64,000 nt of DNA from Candidatus Methylomirabilota bacterium (GTDB lineage: Bacteria; Methylomirabilota; Methylomirabilia; Rokubacteriales; CSP1-6): positions 2,334 to 66,333 of the forward strand of contig JBKPAK010000112.1 of assembly GCA_046726415.1 (NCBI GenBank), written 5' to 3'. A model generated the notes under the pieces. It saw only the letters and a list, made by a program, of their open reading frames with translations, made no database searches and had not been told where the DNA came from. Of the stretch, positions 1 to 12,305 are shown piece after piece; position 1 is the stretch's first letter, and each line of letters opens with the position of its first letter. The position numbers and the translations under genes are program-made.

Positions 1-861
1 ACATGCCGCATTGACGACCAGCGGCGCCTGCGGGACCCGGCGCACAGGCGAACGAGTTCCCACGAGTTGCTCGAGCAGCTCCGGCCGTCGCCGAACGCGG
101 CTCAGACTGAAGGCCGGGGCCAGCATGGTGGCGACCAGCGCGGGGCCGTGCGTGGTGAGTGACGCGGCCAGGCGATAGGCGAGCTTGTCGCTCGTCTTCT
201 CCTGGGGCAGCTCGCGCACCGGTTGCATGCCTAGGCTCAGACTGGCGAAGGCGTCGTTGCCCGGAAAGGCGCACCCTGCGGTGAGGAGAAACCGATGAGG
301 GGCTGGTACGAGCTGAGCCAGGGGGCGCGGCAAGGCCGCGAGCGCGCCCAGCCCTCCATAGAGGAAGAGGAGGGACTGGAGGCTCGGGCCGAGGCTCGGG
401 TCGTCGTCGAAGAGACCGGATACGTCTCGAATCGAGGACTGCCGTACGTCGGCGAAGGTCAGTCCCGCCAGTCGCCGCAGCCCACCCTCTTCCAGATCGT
501 GGGGAAGCGGCGCCGCGATGTCGGAGGCGATGTGCTCGGCCATCCGCTCGCGCGGAAGACGGCGAATGCCCATGCGTTCGCGCAGGATCGCTCCCCAGGT
601 CGACTCGATCTCCTCGACCGAGATGGGATCGCCGTCGCGGCCTCCCCCTACGCGCACGAAGCGCGGGCTCTCCGCGTCACTTCGCTTCGCATCCACGGAC
701 ACCAGGCCAGCGTCGCAGGCCGCGAACGCGATCGCGCGCGGGTCGCCCGCGACGCGGGCTCGATGCGCCTCCGAGCTGCCCACCGCGGACATCGTGCAAG
801 GAGTGCCCACGGTGACGAGAACTTGATGGGCAGGTAAGCGCTCGCGCGGGCCTGAGCTCAT
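1..861 (-). CDS. hypothetical protein, 3' end beyond window (N-terminal ~287 aa visible: MSSGPRERLPAHQVLVTVGTPCTMSAVGSSEAH...)
   Basis: Manual reverse-complement translation from ATG (rc of 859-861) reads open to position 1 with protein-like composition (hydrophobic stretches LLFLYGGLGALAAL). In-frame stop 57 nt upstream of that ATG. The opposing + ORF 295..837 has low-complexity Arg/Ala-rich nonsense composition. Family not recognised. Confidence 0.4.
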   Translation of the reverse strand, partial: MSSGPRERLPAHQVLVTVGTPCTMSAVGSSEAHRARVAGDPRAIAFAACDAGLVSVDAKRSDAESPRFVRVGGGRDGDPISVEEIESTWGAILRERMGIRRLPRERMAEHIASDIAAPLPHDLEEGGLRRLAGLTFADVRQSSIRDVSGLFDDDPSLGPSLQSLLFLYGGLGALAALPRPLAQLVPAPHRFLLTAGCAFPGNDAFASLSLGMQPVRELPQEKTSDKLAYRLAASLTTHGPALVATMLAPAFSLSRVRRRPELLEQLVGTRSPVRRVPQAPLVVNAAC

Positions 862-1015
862 CGCTGAATTCTCACGCCGTAATTGACCTCGGCCGGGGGG
901 AAACTCGCACCTCCGTCAGATCATACGCGCTTCAGTCCGCATGGTCGCCGAGTTCTGCCAGCGGCAACGGGCCGTGCGTCAGGCGCCGAAGGGTCTGTCC
1001 CCAGACAATTCAGCT

Positions 1016-1717
1016 TCAGCGAGGCCGGCGAGGGATGTTGGTGTAGACGGTCGCGCCGTCTGCCTCGACGAACCGGTAGGTCGGAGTCTGCGCCAGCTCG
1101 TCCGCGCCCGATTCGACCGAGGCCTCTCCGCCGACGATCCGGAGGATCCGCATGACGTACTGCTGGGTCTCGGGATATGGCGGAACGCCGCCGTACTGGA
1201 GAACCGCCCGCTCGCCAGCGTTGTAGGCGGCCAGCGCCAGCGATAGGTCGTTGTCGAAGCGCTCGATCAGGCCGCGCAGATGGCGAACTCCACCGTCGAT
1301 GTTCTCGGCCGGATCGAAGCTGTCCCTGACGCCCAGCTGCACGGCGGTGGCCGGCATCAATTGCATCAGGCCGCGTGCCCCCTTCCGCGAAACCGCGCGC
1401 GGATTGAAGCCGGATTCAATCCTGATGACGGCCGTCACCAGCGGCTCGGGAATGCCGTAGCGCTCAGCCGCGTCCCGGATGTGCGCGCCGATCGATGACA
1501 CGGCCCTCGAAGGTAGCGCGGCGCGGAGGCCAGGGAAGGTCGGCGTAAGGGATGGAGGCACACCGAGCCCGAGGCGTTGGTAGCGCGGATCGGCGGGCGC
1601 GTTGGTCAGGTGAACGGTGCCGTCGGCCTCGTCGAGCTGAACGATCTGAGCGCCGGCGGCCGCTGGTCCGCAGGTGAGGACGGCAAACGCCAGGGCGCCG
1701 AGGGCGGGGCGTCGCAC
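1016..1717 (-). CDS. lytic transglycosylase (SLT domain) with signal peptide and DUF4124-like N/C motifs
   Basis: ESGFNPRAVSRKGARGLMQLMPATA motif typical of SLT catalytic domain; N-terminal signal peptide MRRPALGALAFAVLTCGPAAAGA; GTVHLTNAP / ATVYTNIP DUF4124-like motifs. Confidence 0.8.
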   Translation of the reverse strand: MRRPALGALAFAVLTCGPAAAGAQIVQLDEADGTVHLTNAPADPRYQRLGLGVPPSLTPTFPGLRAALPSRAVSSIGAHIRDAAERYGIPEPLVTAVIRIESGFNPRAVSRKGARGLMQLMPATAVQLGVRDSFDPAENIDGGVRHLRGLIERFDNDLSLALAAYNAGERAVLQYGGVPPYPETQQYVMRILRIVGGEASVESGADELAQTPTYRFVEADGATVYTNIPRRPR

Positions 1718-1800
1718 CCAGCCATTCTAGCCAACCCTTGAAGGCCCGCCAAGCTCCAGCCGCGGGCGACCGGGAGCGCGGCGGGGCGCCTGTCGGCATC

Positions 1801-2012
1801 TCGAGGCGCGCGCCGGGTCCCCCGGGCCGCGCCGAGCGTTGGGGTTGCCGGGCGGTTGTGACAGCTGCCGACCGCCCAGCTGATGTCGAGGCGCGCCGGG
1901 TCCCCCCGGGCCGCGCCGAGCGTTGGGGTTGCCGGACGGTTGTGACAGCTGCCGACCGCCCAGCTGATGTCGAGGCGCGCCGGGTCCCCCGGGGCGTGCC
2001 GAGCGTTGGGGG
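1801..2012. repeat. tandem repeat, ~84-85 bp unit x ~2.5 copies (units begin tcgaggcgcg... at 1801, 1886, 1970)
   Basis: Near-identical units (only small differences such as a 2-nt indel and gccgggcgg vs gccggacgg) read directly; each unit contains cccggg and two cagctg sites. Intergenic between lon 3' end and transglycosylase 5' end. The ORF-track 292-aa minus ORF shows the duplicated peptide AVGSCHNRPATPTLGAARG twice, reflecting the DNA repeat. Confidence 0.85.
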
Positions 2013-2016
2013 GTTT

Positions 2017-2039
2017 GGGGGGCCCTTTCGAGGCCCCCC
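2017..2039 (-). terminator. GC hairpin (8-bp stem ggggggcc/ggcccccc, 7-nt loop) immediately 3' of lon stop
   Basis: Perfect inverted repeat 2017-2024 / 2032-2039 directly after lon stop codon (2043-2045); no U-tract, so terminator function is uncertain. Confidence 0.35.
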
Positions 2040-2042
2040 ATG

Positions 2043-4439
<2,397 letters not shown>

Positions 4440-4459
4440 GTGTGTCCCTTCTCGCCCAC

Positions 4460-4846
4460 TTAGAACAGATCCACAGGCTGCAGTTGTCCCGCCGCCGCTT
4501 TCACCAGCGATTCCCGGGACTCGCGCCCGCTGACGCTCTCCACGTCGCCACCCATGTCGCGCACGTAGGCGAGCACATCGTGAAGTTGTTTCTGCATCTC
4601 GACCATCCGGCACCTCATTTTTAGGATGACCTCGACGCCGGCGAGATTCACGCCCATGTCGCGCGTTAAGCGAAGCAACCGCGCGAGATCCTCGACATCC
4701 TCCTGGGAGTACATCCGCGTTCGCCCCACGCTGCGACTGGGCCGCAACAGCCCTTTCTTTTCGTAGAAGCGCAGGGTTTGCGGATGGACCTTGAGCATCT
4801 CGGCCACCACGCCGATCATGTAAAGAGGTCGGTTCCGGTCCGTCAC
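4460..4846 (-). CDS. hspR: MerR-family heat-shock repressor HspR
   Basis: N-terminal HTH ...VAEMLKVHPQTLRFYEKKGLLRPSRSVGRTRMYSQEDVEDL matches HspR family; positioned after dnaK-dnaJ as in classic dnaK operons; 4-nt overlap (ATGA) with upstream dnaJ-like gene. Confidence 0.85.
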   Translation of the reverse strand: MTDRNRPLYMIGVVAEMLKVHPQTLRFYEKKGLLRPSRSVGRTRMYSQEDVEDLARLLRLTRDMGVNLAGVEVILKMRCRMVEMQKQLHDVLAYVRDMGGDVESVSGRESRESLVKAAAGQLQPVDLF

Positions 4847-5727
4847 TCCGCTCCTCCTCGGTACCGCGCGAGGTTGGTCCGCACCGACATGGGAATCAGC
4901 CGCTCCAGATCACGCACCATCTCGTCCGTTCTCACATCGAGGCCTTGCGGGATCTCCACCCGAACCGTCACGTAGAGGTCACCGGTGCCGCCATCACTGA
5001 GCCTCGGCAGTCCCTGGCCCCGGAAGCGGAACACCTGACCCGGCGAGGTTCCCGCCGGCACCACCAGCAGGGTGGCCCCCGCCGGAGTGGGAACCGTGAT
5101 GCGAGCGCCGCGGATTGCCTCCCACACCGTGATGGGCACCTCGCAGTGCACGCTGTCCCCCTTGCGCATGAAAAAAGAGTGCTCGCGAACTCGCGTACTC
5201 ACCACGAGATCGCCCCGCGGCCCTCCGAACGGACCGGCGTGGCCCTCTCCCGGAACGCGGATCTGCACTCCGGAATCCACCCCGGCTGGAATGGCCACCT
5301 TGACGCGTTCGGTGGCCCGCCGCACTCCGCGCCCTTGGCACGAAGGGCACCGTCCGGTCGCCCCCCCACCCGCCGCGCCGCACTCTGGACACGGAGAAAA
5401 GCGGGTCACGCTGGCGGCCAGCTCGACGCCGCGCGCCGCATCGGCGAACCCGAGTTCGATGGTCATGTGCAGATCGTCGCCGCGGCGGCCTGCCCCTAAC
5501 GCGTCGGCGGGAGTGGCGGCACCGAACTGGTCGTAGTGGGCGCGCGCCTGGGGATCGCTGAGGATCCGGTACGCCTCGCGGATCTCATCGAACAGGACGC
5601 GCGCGCGCTCGTCCCAGAAGTTCACGTCCGGAGAGTACTGCCGCGCGAGGCGCTGGTACGCCTGGCGCACCTCGCGCGGCCTCGCCGTGGCGGCCACTCC
5701 CAGCACGGCGTAGTAGTCACGTCGCAT
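4843..5727 (-). CDS. DnaJ-like co-chaperone with non-canonical J-domain (SPD instead of HPD) and only two CxxCxGxG repeats
   Basis: DYYAVLGV...AYQRLARQYSPDVN...EAYRILSDPQARAHYDQFG is a clear J-domain but codons at 5626-5637 (rc TAC TCT CCG GAC) give Y-S-P-D; zinc-finger region has CPECGAAGGG and CPSCQGRG only; DnaJ C-terminal domain follows. Confidence 0.85.
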   Translation of the reverse strand: MRRDYYAVLGVAATARPREVRQAYQRLARQYSPDVNFWDERARVLFDEIREAYRILSDPQARAHYDQFGAATPADALGAGRRGDDLHMTIELGFADAARGVELAASVTRFSPCPECGAAGGGATGRCPSCQGRGVRRATERVKVAIPAGVDSGVQIRVPGEGHAGPFGGPRGDLVVSTRVREHSFFMRKGDSVHCEVPITVWEAIRGARITVPTPAGATLLVVPAGTSPGQVFRFRGQGLPRLSDGGTGDLYVTVRVEIPQGLDVRTDEMVRDLERLIPMSVRTNLARYRGGAE

Positions 5728-5730
5728 GGC

Positions 5731-7629
<1,899 letters not shown>

Positions 7630-7727
7630 TTGAGGCTCCCTTCGTATGAAATGTGCCGACCTTCAGTCCACGAGTTCACCTGCATCGACTCCAATCCAAC
7701 CCGGCGGCTACATGTGAGCGTACTGTT

Positions 7728-7756
7728 TATATATCAGATTAGTGCATTACTGTCAA
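7728..7756 (-). promoter_or_regulatory. near-consensus sigma-70-type promoter for dnaK operon: -35 TTGACA (rc of 7751-7756), 17-nt spacer, -10 TATATA (rc of 7728-7733)
   Basis: Read on minus strand: aactTTGACAgtaatgcactaatctgaTATATAaacagtac; lies in a ~120-bp AT-rich island (7690-7810) that is exceptional in this ~70% GC window; about 95 nt upstream of dnaK ATG. Confidence 0.5.
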
Positions 7757-7818
7757 AGTTGTCCTAAACAGCTGTAAATAAAGGTGTATTCCCTGGATTC
7801 CAGTGATATCGTACGGAT

Positions 7819-8481
7819 GTGAAGCTGGGGTGCGGTGGGTGTCTCGGTTCTCTCGTGATGCTAGCGGCCCTGGCCGGCATTGTCTTGGGAGCGGTCTGGA
7901 TGGGCTCGCGGGCGATGGCACCACCGACCACGGCGCCGGCGGTGGGTACCGAGCAGGATGCCATCCGGGCACAGCAGACATTGTTCGAGATCGTGCGGCG
8001 GAGCACCGGGCGGCGCCCCATGGCCGAACGGGTGCGTCGCGAGTACATCCTCTCTGAAGCCGAACTGAACTCCTTTCTGGCCCGCCACCTTGGGCGGGTG
8101 GCGGGGCTACCTCTCGACAGTCTCTCCATCGGCTTCGTCGGCGACGGTATGATCGAACTGCGCGGTCGGCTGACCCTGGATCAGGTACTCGGAGACCACG
8201 GGTCCCCCCTGACCGAGCACGTGCCGAAGTCGTGGAAAAGGGCGAGCGTCATCCTCACGCTCCGAGGCCCATTGCGCCTCGAGACCGAGGCGTCCCGCGG
8301 GCAGCCAAAAGCCCTCCGCTTTGATGTCGAGGAGGCCTACCTCGGCCGGCAGCGTGTCCCCGTGGTGGCGGTAGAGAGGTTGTTGGGCGTCCACGGCGGA
8401 CTCAGAAAGTGGTCCGTTCCCGACTCCGTCGACGCCGTGATCGTCGAGAGAGGCCGGGCCGTGGTCAGGACGGCCTCATAG
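7819..8481 (+). CDS. hypothetical membrane-anchored protein (N-terminal TM helix, 220 aa)
   Basis: ORF with GTG start at 7819 (alternative ATG at 7858 giving MLAALAGIVLGAVWM TM start); divergent from dnaK across the AT-rich promoter region; no recognisable catalytic motifs. Confidence 0.5.
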   Translation: MKLGCGGCLGSLVMLAALAGIVLGAVWMGSRAMAPPTTAPAVGTEQDAIRAQQTLFEIVRRSTGRRPMAERVRREYILSEAELNSFLARHLGRVAGLPLDSLSIGFVGDGMIELRGRLTLDQVLGDHGSPLTEHVPKSWKRASVILTLRGPLRLETEASRGQPKALRFDVEEAYLGRQRVPVVAVERLLGVHGGLRKWSVPDSVDAVIVERGRAVVRTAS

Positions 8482-8910
8482 GCGTGGTTTCATGGCTGAC
8501 ACGTAGCGAAGCTGGAGATCGTAGATCAGCTCTTCGAGCAGTTGCGTTTCGCGCGGGGTTCGATTTCCCTCCGTCTTCTCCCGGAGGAGGCCCAGCAGAT
8601 CGATCGCGTCGGCCGCGGCGTCGGGGTCCTTTCGGACTTGCCCAGTCATCGGATCGGCGGCCTCGCCGAGGGCAACGACGGCAGAACTGGCGAGCATGAC
8701 GAAAAGGCCCTCGAGGCTTCGCTCCGTGTCGTCAGCGGCGTGGACTTCCTTCTGCGCCGTCGGCTCAGGCCGGACCTGGCGCGGCTGGGGCTCGTCGACG
8801 GTGTGGGGCTGGCCTTCGGTGCGGGGAGTGGCTGGCGGGGGCTCGTCCGCCTCGGCACGACGCCGCCGATCGGTGACCCGGAACTCGCCGTCCGACTCGC
8901 TCTCCGCCAT
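8476..8910 (-). CDS. DUF1844-family protein (145 aa from MAESESDGEFRVTDRRR)
   Basis: FRVTDRRR N-terminus and LFVMLASSAVVALGE...DPMTGQ...DLLGLLREKTEGN...LLEELIYDLQLRYV match the DUF1844 pattern; start placed at ATG 8908-8910 because of perfect SD (rc aaggagggtgtcgatATG); ORF-track start 8970 is an upstream in-frame extension. Confidence 0.7.
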   Translation of the reverse strand: MAESESDGEFRVTDRRRRAEADEPPPATPRTEGQPHTVDEPQPRQVRPEPTAQKEVHAADDTERSLEGLFVMLASSAVVALGEAADPMTGQVRKDPDAAADAIDLLGLLREKTEGNRTPRETQLLEELIYDLQLRYVSAMKPRL

Positions 8911-8957
8911 ATCGACACCCTCCTTTTCATCCAGCGGCTCACCAGCGAAACGGCTAC

Positions 8958-8965
8958 TGTATAAT
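8958..8965 (+). promoter_or_regulatory. extended -10 element TGtTATAAT upstream of mazG
   Basis: tgtataat at 8958-8965, 20 nt upstream of mazG ATG (8986), in the 75-bp divergent spacer between DUF1844 and mazG. Confidence 0.3.
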
Positions 8966-8985
8966 CGCATGCCTCGGGAACAACG

Positions 8986-9783
8986 ATGACCGAGTCCTCC
9001 GGCGCCCTCTTTGAGAACCTCCTTGGGATTATGGCGCGCCTCCGGGGCCTGGATGGATGTCCCTGGGACCGAGAACAGACGCGAGCGTCACTGAAGCCAT
9101 TTCTCATCGAAGAGACCTACGAGGTGCTCGATGCCATCGATGCAGCCAGCCTCGACGGCCTGATCGAGGAATTGGGCGATCTGCTCTTCCAGGTGGTGTT
9201 CCACGCACAAATCGGGGTCGAACAGAACGCCTTCGGCATGACGGAAATCCTTCGTCGGCTCTGTGACAAGATGACGAGACGCCATCCCCACGTGTTCGGA
9301 GAGACGCGGGTGGCGACTCCTCAGGCCGCCCTCGCCCAGTGGGAAGCGATGAAGCAGCGCGAGACCATACCCGGTAAGCCGCGATCGGTGCTCGATGGGA
9401 TCCCCCGGGCCCTGCCCGCGCTCACCCGGGCCCAGCGTATGCAGGGCAAGGCGGCGCGAGTGAAGTTCGACTGGCCAGATGCACGGTCGGCATGGGGAAA
9501 GGTCGGGGAAGAGATGGCAGAGGCCGAGGCGGCCTTGGACGCCGGCGACGTCACTCGGCTCCGCGAGGAGCTCGGCGATCTCCTGTTCTCGGTCGTCAAT
9601 GTCGCCCGTCTCTCCTCGGTTGACGCCGAGGACGCGCTTCAGGGAGCGATCGAGAAATTCCGGCGACGCTTCACAGACATGGAGACCGCCCTGGCCGCAC
9701 AGGGGAGATCGGTGACCACCGTCGAGCAGCATGAACTTGAGCGATCGTGGGAGGCCGCGAAAGCGCGCGAGCGTCAGAGATGA
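8986..9783 (+). CDS. mazG: nucleoside triphosphate pyrophosphohydrolase MazG
   Basis: Tandem MazG EE/EExxE motifs (EETYEVLDAID...EELGDLLFQVVFHAQ; second copy EEMAEAEAAL...EELGDLLFSVVNVAR). Confidence 0.9.
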   Translation: MTESSGALFENLLGIMARLRGLDGCPWDREQTRASLKPFLIEETYEVLDAIDAASLDGLIEELGDLLFQVVFHAQIGVEQNAFGMTEILRRLCDKMTRRHPHVFGETRVATPQAALAQWEAMKQRETIPGKPRSVLDGIPRALPALTRAQRMQGKAARVKFDWPDARSAWGKVGEEMAEAEAALDAGDVTRLREELGDLLFSVVNVARLSSVDAEDALQGAIEKFRRRFTDMETALAAQGRSVTTVEQHELERSWEAAKARERQR

Positions 9784-10313
9784 GATTCAGGATCGGACAG
9801 ACCGTCATCGCCATCGAGCGTGGCGACATCACAGACGCCCAAGTGGATGCAGTGATCAACGCCGCGAATTCCACGCTGACCATGGGGGCCGGGGTCGCCG
9901 GGGCCCTCAAACGCAAGGGCGGAGTGATCATCGAGGAAGAGGCCATGCGCCAGGGACCGGTGGAGATCGGAGAGGCTGTCATCACCACCGGCGGCAACTT
10001 GATCGCCACCCATGTCATCCATGCCGCGGTCATGGGCCCCGATCTCAAGACCGATCCCGAGATCATCGCCCAGAGCACCAAGGCTATCCTCGCGCTCGCC
10101 GACAAGCAGCGCCTCTCGTCCATCGCCCTTCCCGCGCTGGGCACCGGCGTTGGCCACGTCCCGGCCCCGGCTTCCGCGCAGGCGATGCTGAGCACGGTGG
10201 CCGAGCACCTCAAGGGCGGCAAGAGCAGCCTCAAACGCATCGTGTTCGTCCTGTATCTGGACGACGCCTACAAGGCCTTCACGGACACGCTGAAACGCCT
10301 CGGCGGGTCCTGA
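9780..10313 (+). CDS. macro domain protein (ADP-ribose / O-acetyl-ADP-ribose processing)
   Basis: DITDAQVDAVINAANSTLTMGAGVAGAL...GEAVITTGGNLIATHVIHAAV macro-domain motifs; ATG at 9780 overlaps mazG stop (ATGA). Confidence 0.85.
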   Translation: MRFRIGQTVIAIERGDITDAQVDAVINAANSTLTMGAGVAGALKRKGGVIIEEEAMRQGPVEIGEAVITTGGNLIATHVIHAAVMGPDLKTDPEIIAQSTKAILALADKQRLSSIALPALGTGVGHVPAPASAQAMLSTVAEHLKGGKSSLKRIVFVLYLDDAYKAFTDTLKRLGGS

Positions 10314-10371
10314 ACCCGCCGGAAAATCGAGGGATGTCCGGGCTCCGCCGGGGCGCACCGAGCGCTGGGGG

Positions 10372-12126
10372 GTGGGGGAGGCATGTCGACCCCACGTGAG
10401 GAATGAGCCCGTCGCCCCACGGCGCGCGACCCAGGGGTTGGGAAATCTGCTGGTCGGCGAAGGGCTGATCACCCGAGAACGACTTGCCCAGGCCGTTGCC
10501 GAGCAACACCGGACCGGGGAGACGCTCACCGCGGTCCTCCTCAAACTGGCCCTCGTCGACGAGAATTCGCTGATCGACATCCTGGCTCGCCACTATGGAA
10601 TCCCCACGGTCGCCCTCTCCCAACTCGACCTCGAACCCCAAGTCTTGGCACTGGTGCCCGTGAACCTCGCCACCAAGTACGAGGTCCTTCCCCTCACGCG
10701 CGAGCACACCACGCTCACCCTGGCCATGGCCGACCCCACCAATGTCTACGCCGTCGACGACGTCGCGTTCATCACCAATCTGCACGTGGCCCCGGTGATC
10801 GCCTCTCGTACCGCCATCCGCCAGGCCATCGACCGGAACTACCATCGCAACCGCACCACCGACGCCGTAGCCGACATCATCAACGCCGCCGTCGAGTTGG
10901 AGCCGACCGAGGAGGGGGATTCGCGCAGTGGCCCCGACGCCTTCGAACTCAAGGAGTCCGCGGACGAGCCACCCATCGTGCGCTTGGTCAACACCATTCT
11001 GATCGACGCCATCGAGCGTGGAGCGTCGGACATCCACTGGGAGCCCTACGAGCACCTCTTCCGCCTGCGGCTGCGCGTCGACGGCATCCTCCACGAGCGA
11101 TGGACGCTTCCCAAGCGCTTGGAGCCCGGCGTCATTTCTCGGCTCAAGATCATGTCGAGCATGGATATCGCCGAGCGCCGCTTGCCGCAGGATGGGCGCA
11201 TCCACTTGCGCTATCGCCATCGGGAGGCGGACCTCCGGGTGTCCATCCTGCCGACGTCCTTCGGCGAGAAGTGCGTGATCCGCATCTTGGACAAGGAAAC
11301 CGTCCGGCTCGATCTCCGAGACCTCGGCTTTGACGGCCACGCCCTCGACGTGTTTCAGGGCGCTCTCAAGCAACCATATGGCATGATCCTCATCACTGGC
11401 CCTACGGGATCCGGCAAGACTACCACGCTCTACGCGGGCATTCAGGCGATCAACGCTCCCGGCGTCAACATCGTGACTGCCGAGGATCCCGTCGAGTACA
11501 ACCTCAAAGGCGTCAACCAGGTCCAGATCAACGAGGCGATCGGACGCACCTTCGCGACTGTCCTGCGATCCTTCCTCCGCCAGGACCCCGATGTCATGCT
11601 CGTGGGCGAGACCCGAGATGTCGAAACGGCCCAGATCGCCGTGCGTGCCGCGCTGACCGGGCATCTTGTCCTCTCCACGGTGCACACCAACGACTGTCCC
11701 GCCACCATCGCCCGGCTGGTCGACATGGGTCTCCCCGCCTATCTCGTCTCGTCCTGTCTCCTCCTCATCGTCGCCCAGCGGTTGGCCCGCCGCGTTTGCG
11801 AAGGCTGCAAGGAGATGTTCGAGAGCGACGAAGACGTGCTGGCCGCTCATGGCTACGCGCCGACCGGTCGACGCCGCTTGAACCTCGCGCGTGGCAAGGG
11901 ATGTGAACGCTGCCACTTCACGGGCATGAAGGGGCGGATCGCCCTGTACGAGTTAATGCCCATGACTGAGGCCATCCGAGACATGATCGTGCGAGGCGCC
12001 TCGGCCGCGGAATTGCGGGCCATGGCGCAGTCGCAGGGCATGAAGACGCTGCGGGAAGCGGGCATCGCTCGCGTCCTGGAGGGCACGACCACCATCGACG
12101 AAATGCTGCGAGTGACCTTGGTCTGA
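10372..12126 (+). CDS. pilB: type IV pilus assembly ATPase PilB (GspE family)
   Basis: T2SSE N-terminal domain, Walker A GPTGSGKTT, Asp box, His box, tetracysteine CEGC...CERC; true start may be a GTG/TTG slightly downstream of 10372. Confidence 0.9.
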   Translation: MGEACRPHVRNEPVAPRRATQGLGNLLVGEGLITRERLAQAVAEQHRTGETLTAVLLKLALVDENSLIDILARHYGIPTVALSQLDLEPQVLALVPVNLATKYEVLPLTREHTTLTLAMADPTNVYAVDDVAFITNLHVAPVIASRTAIRQAIDRNYHRNRTTDAVADIINAAVELEPTEEGDSRSGPDAFELKESADEPPIVRLVNTILIDAIERGASDIHWEPYEHLFRLRLRVDGILHERWTLPKRLEPGVISRLKIMSSMDIAERRLPQDGRIHLRYRHREADLRVSILPTSFGEKCVIRILDKETVRLDLRDLGFDGHALDVFQGALKQPYGMILITGPTGSGKTTTLYAGIQAINAPGVNIVTAEDPVEYNLKGVNQVQINEAIGRTFATVLRSFLRQDPDVMLVGETRDVETAQIAVRAALTGHLVLSTVHTNDCPATIARLVDMGLPAYLVSSCLLLIVAQRLARRVCEGCKEMFESDEDVLAAHGYAPTGRRRLNLARGKGCERCHFTGMKGRIALYELMPMTEAIRDMIVRGASAAELRAMAQSQGMKTLREAGIARVLEGTTTIDEMLRVTLV

Positions 12127-12305
12127 GTCAGGAGCCCGTCGGCGTGGCGCGGAGCGCCCGAGGTCGCCGGCGCGCGAAGAGCGGGGGCGATCGAGAGCAT
12201 CACGGCCACCGGATCGAGCGCGAGTCCGCGAACGGCCCGGGTGCCTCAAGGGTGGGGGGAATTTGGGGGGGCTGTCGAGGCTCCAGCTCATTTCGGGGGG
12301 GAACC

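Noticed and set aside
295-837. 180-aa + strand ORF at the window start
   Set aside because: Arg/Ala/Gly-rich low-complexity translation typical of antisense frames in high-GC DNA; the opposite strand gives a more protein-like product open to the window edge.
1801-2012. Possible CRISPR array
   Set aside because: Repeats are strictly tandem with no unique spacers and units are 84 bp; no cas genes; same for the 60-bp and 29-bp repeats.
7630-7720. HspR HAIR or HrcA CIRCE operator upstream of dnaK
   Set aside because: Only degenerate matches (GAGT-N12-ACTC; TTAGTGCAT) were found; not reported as a feature.
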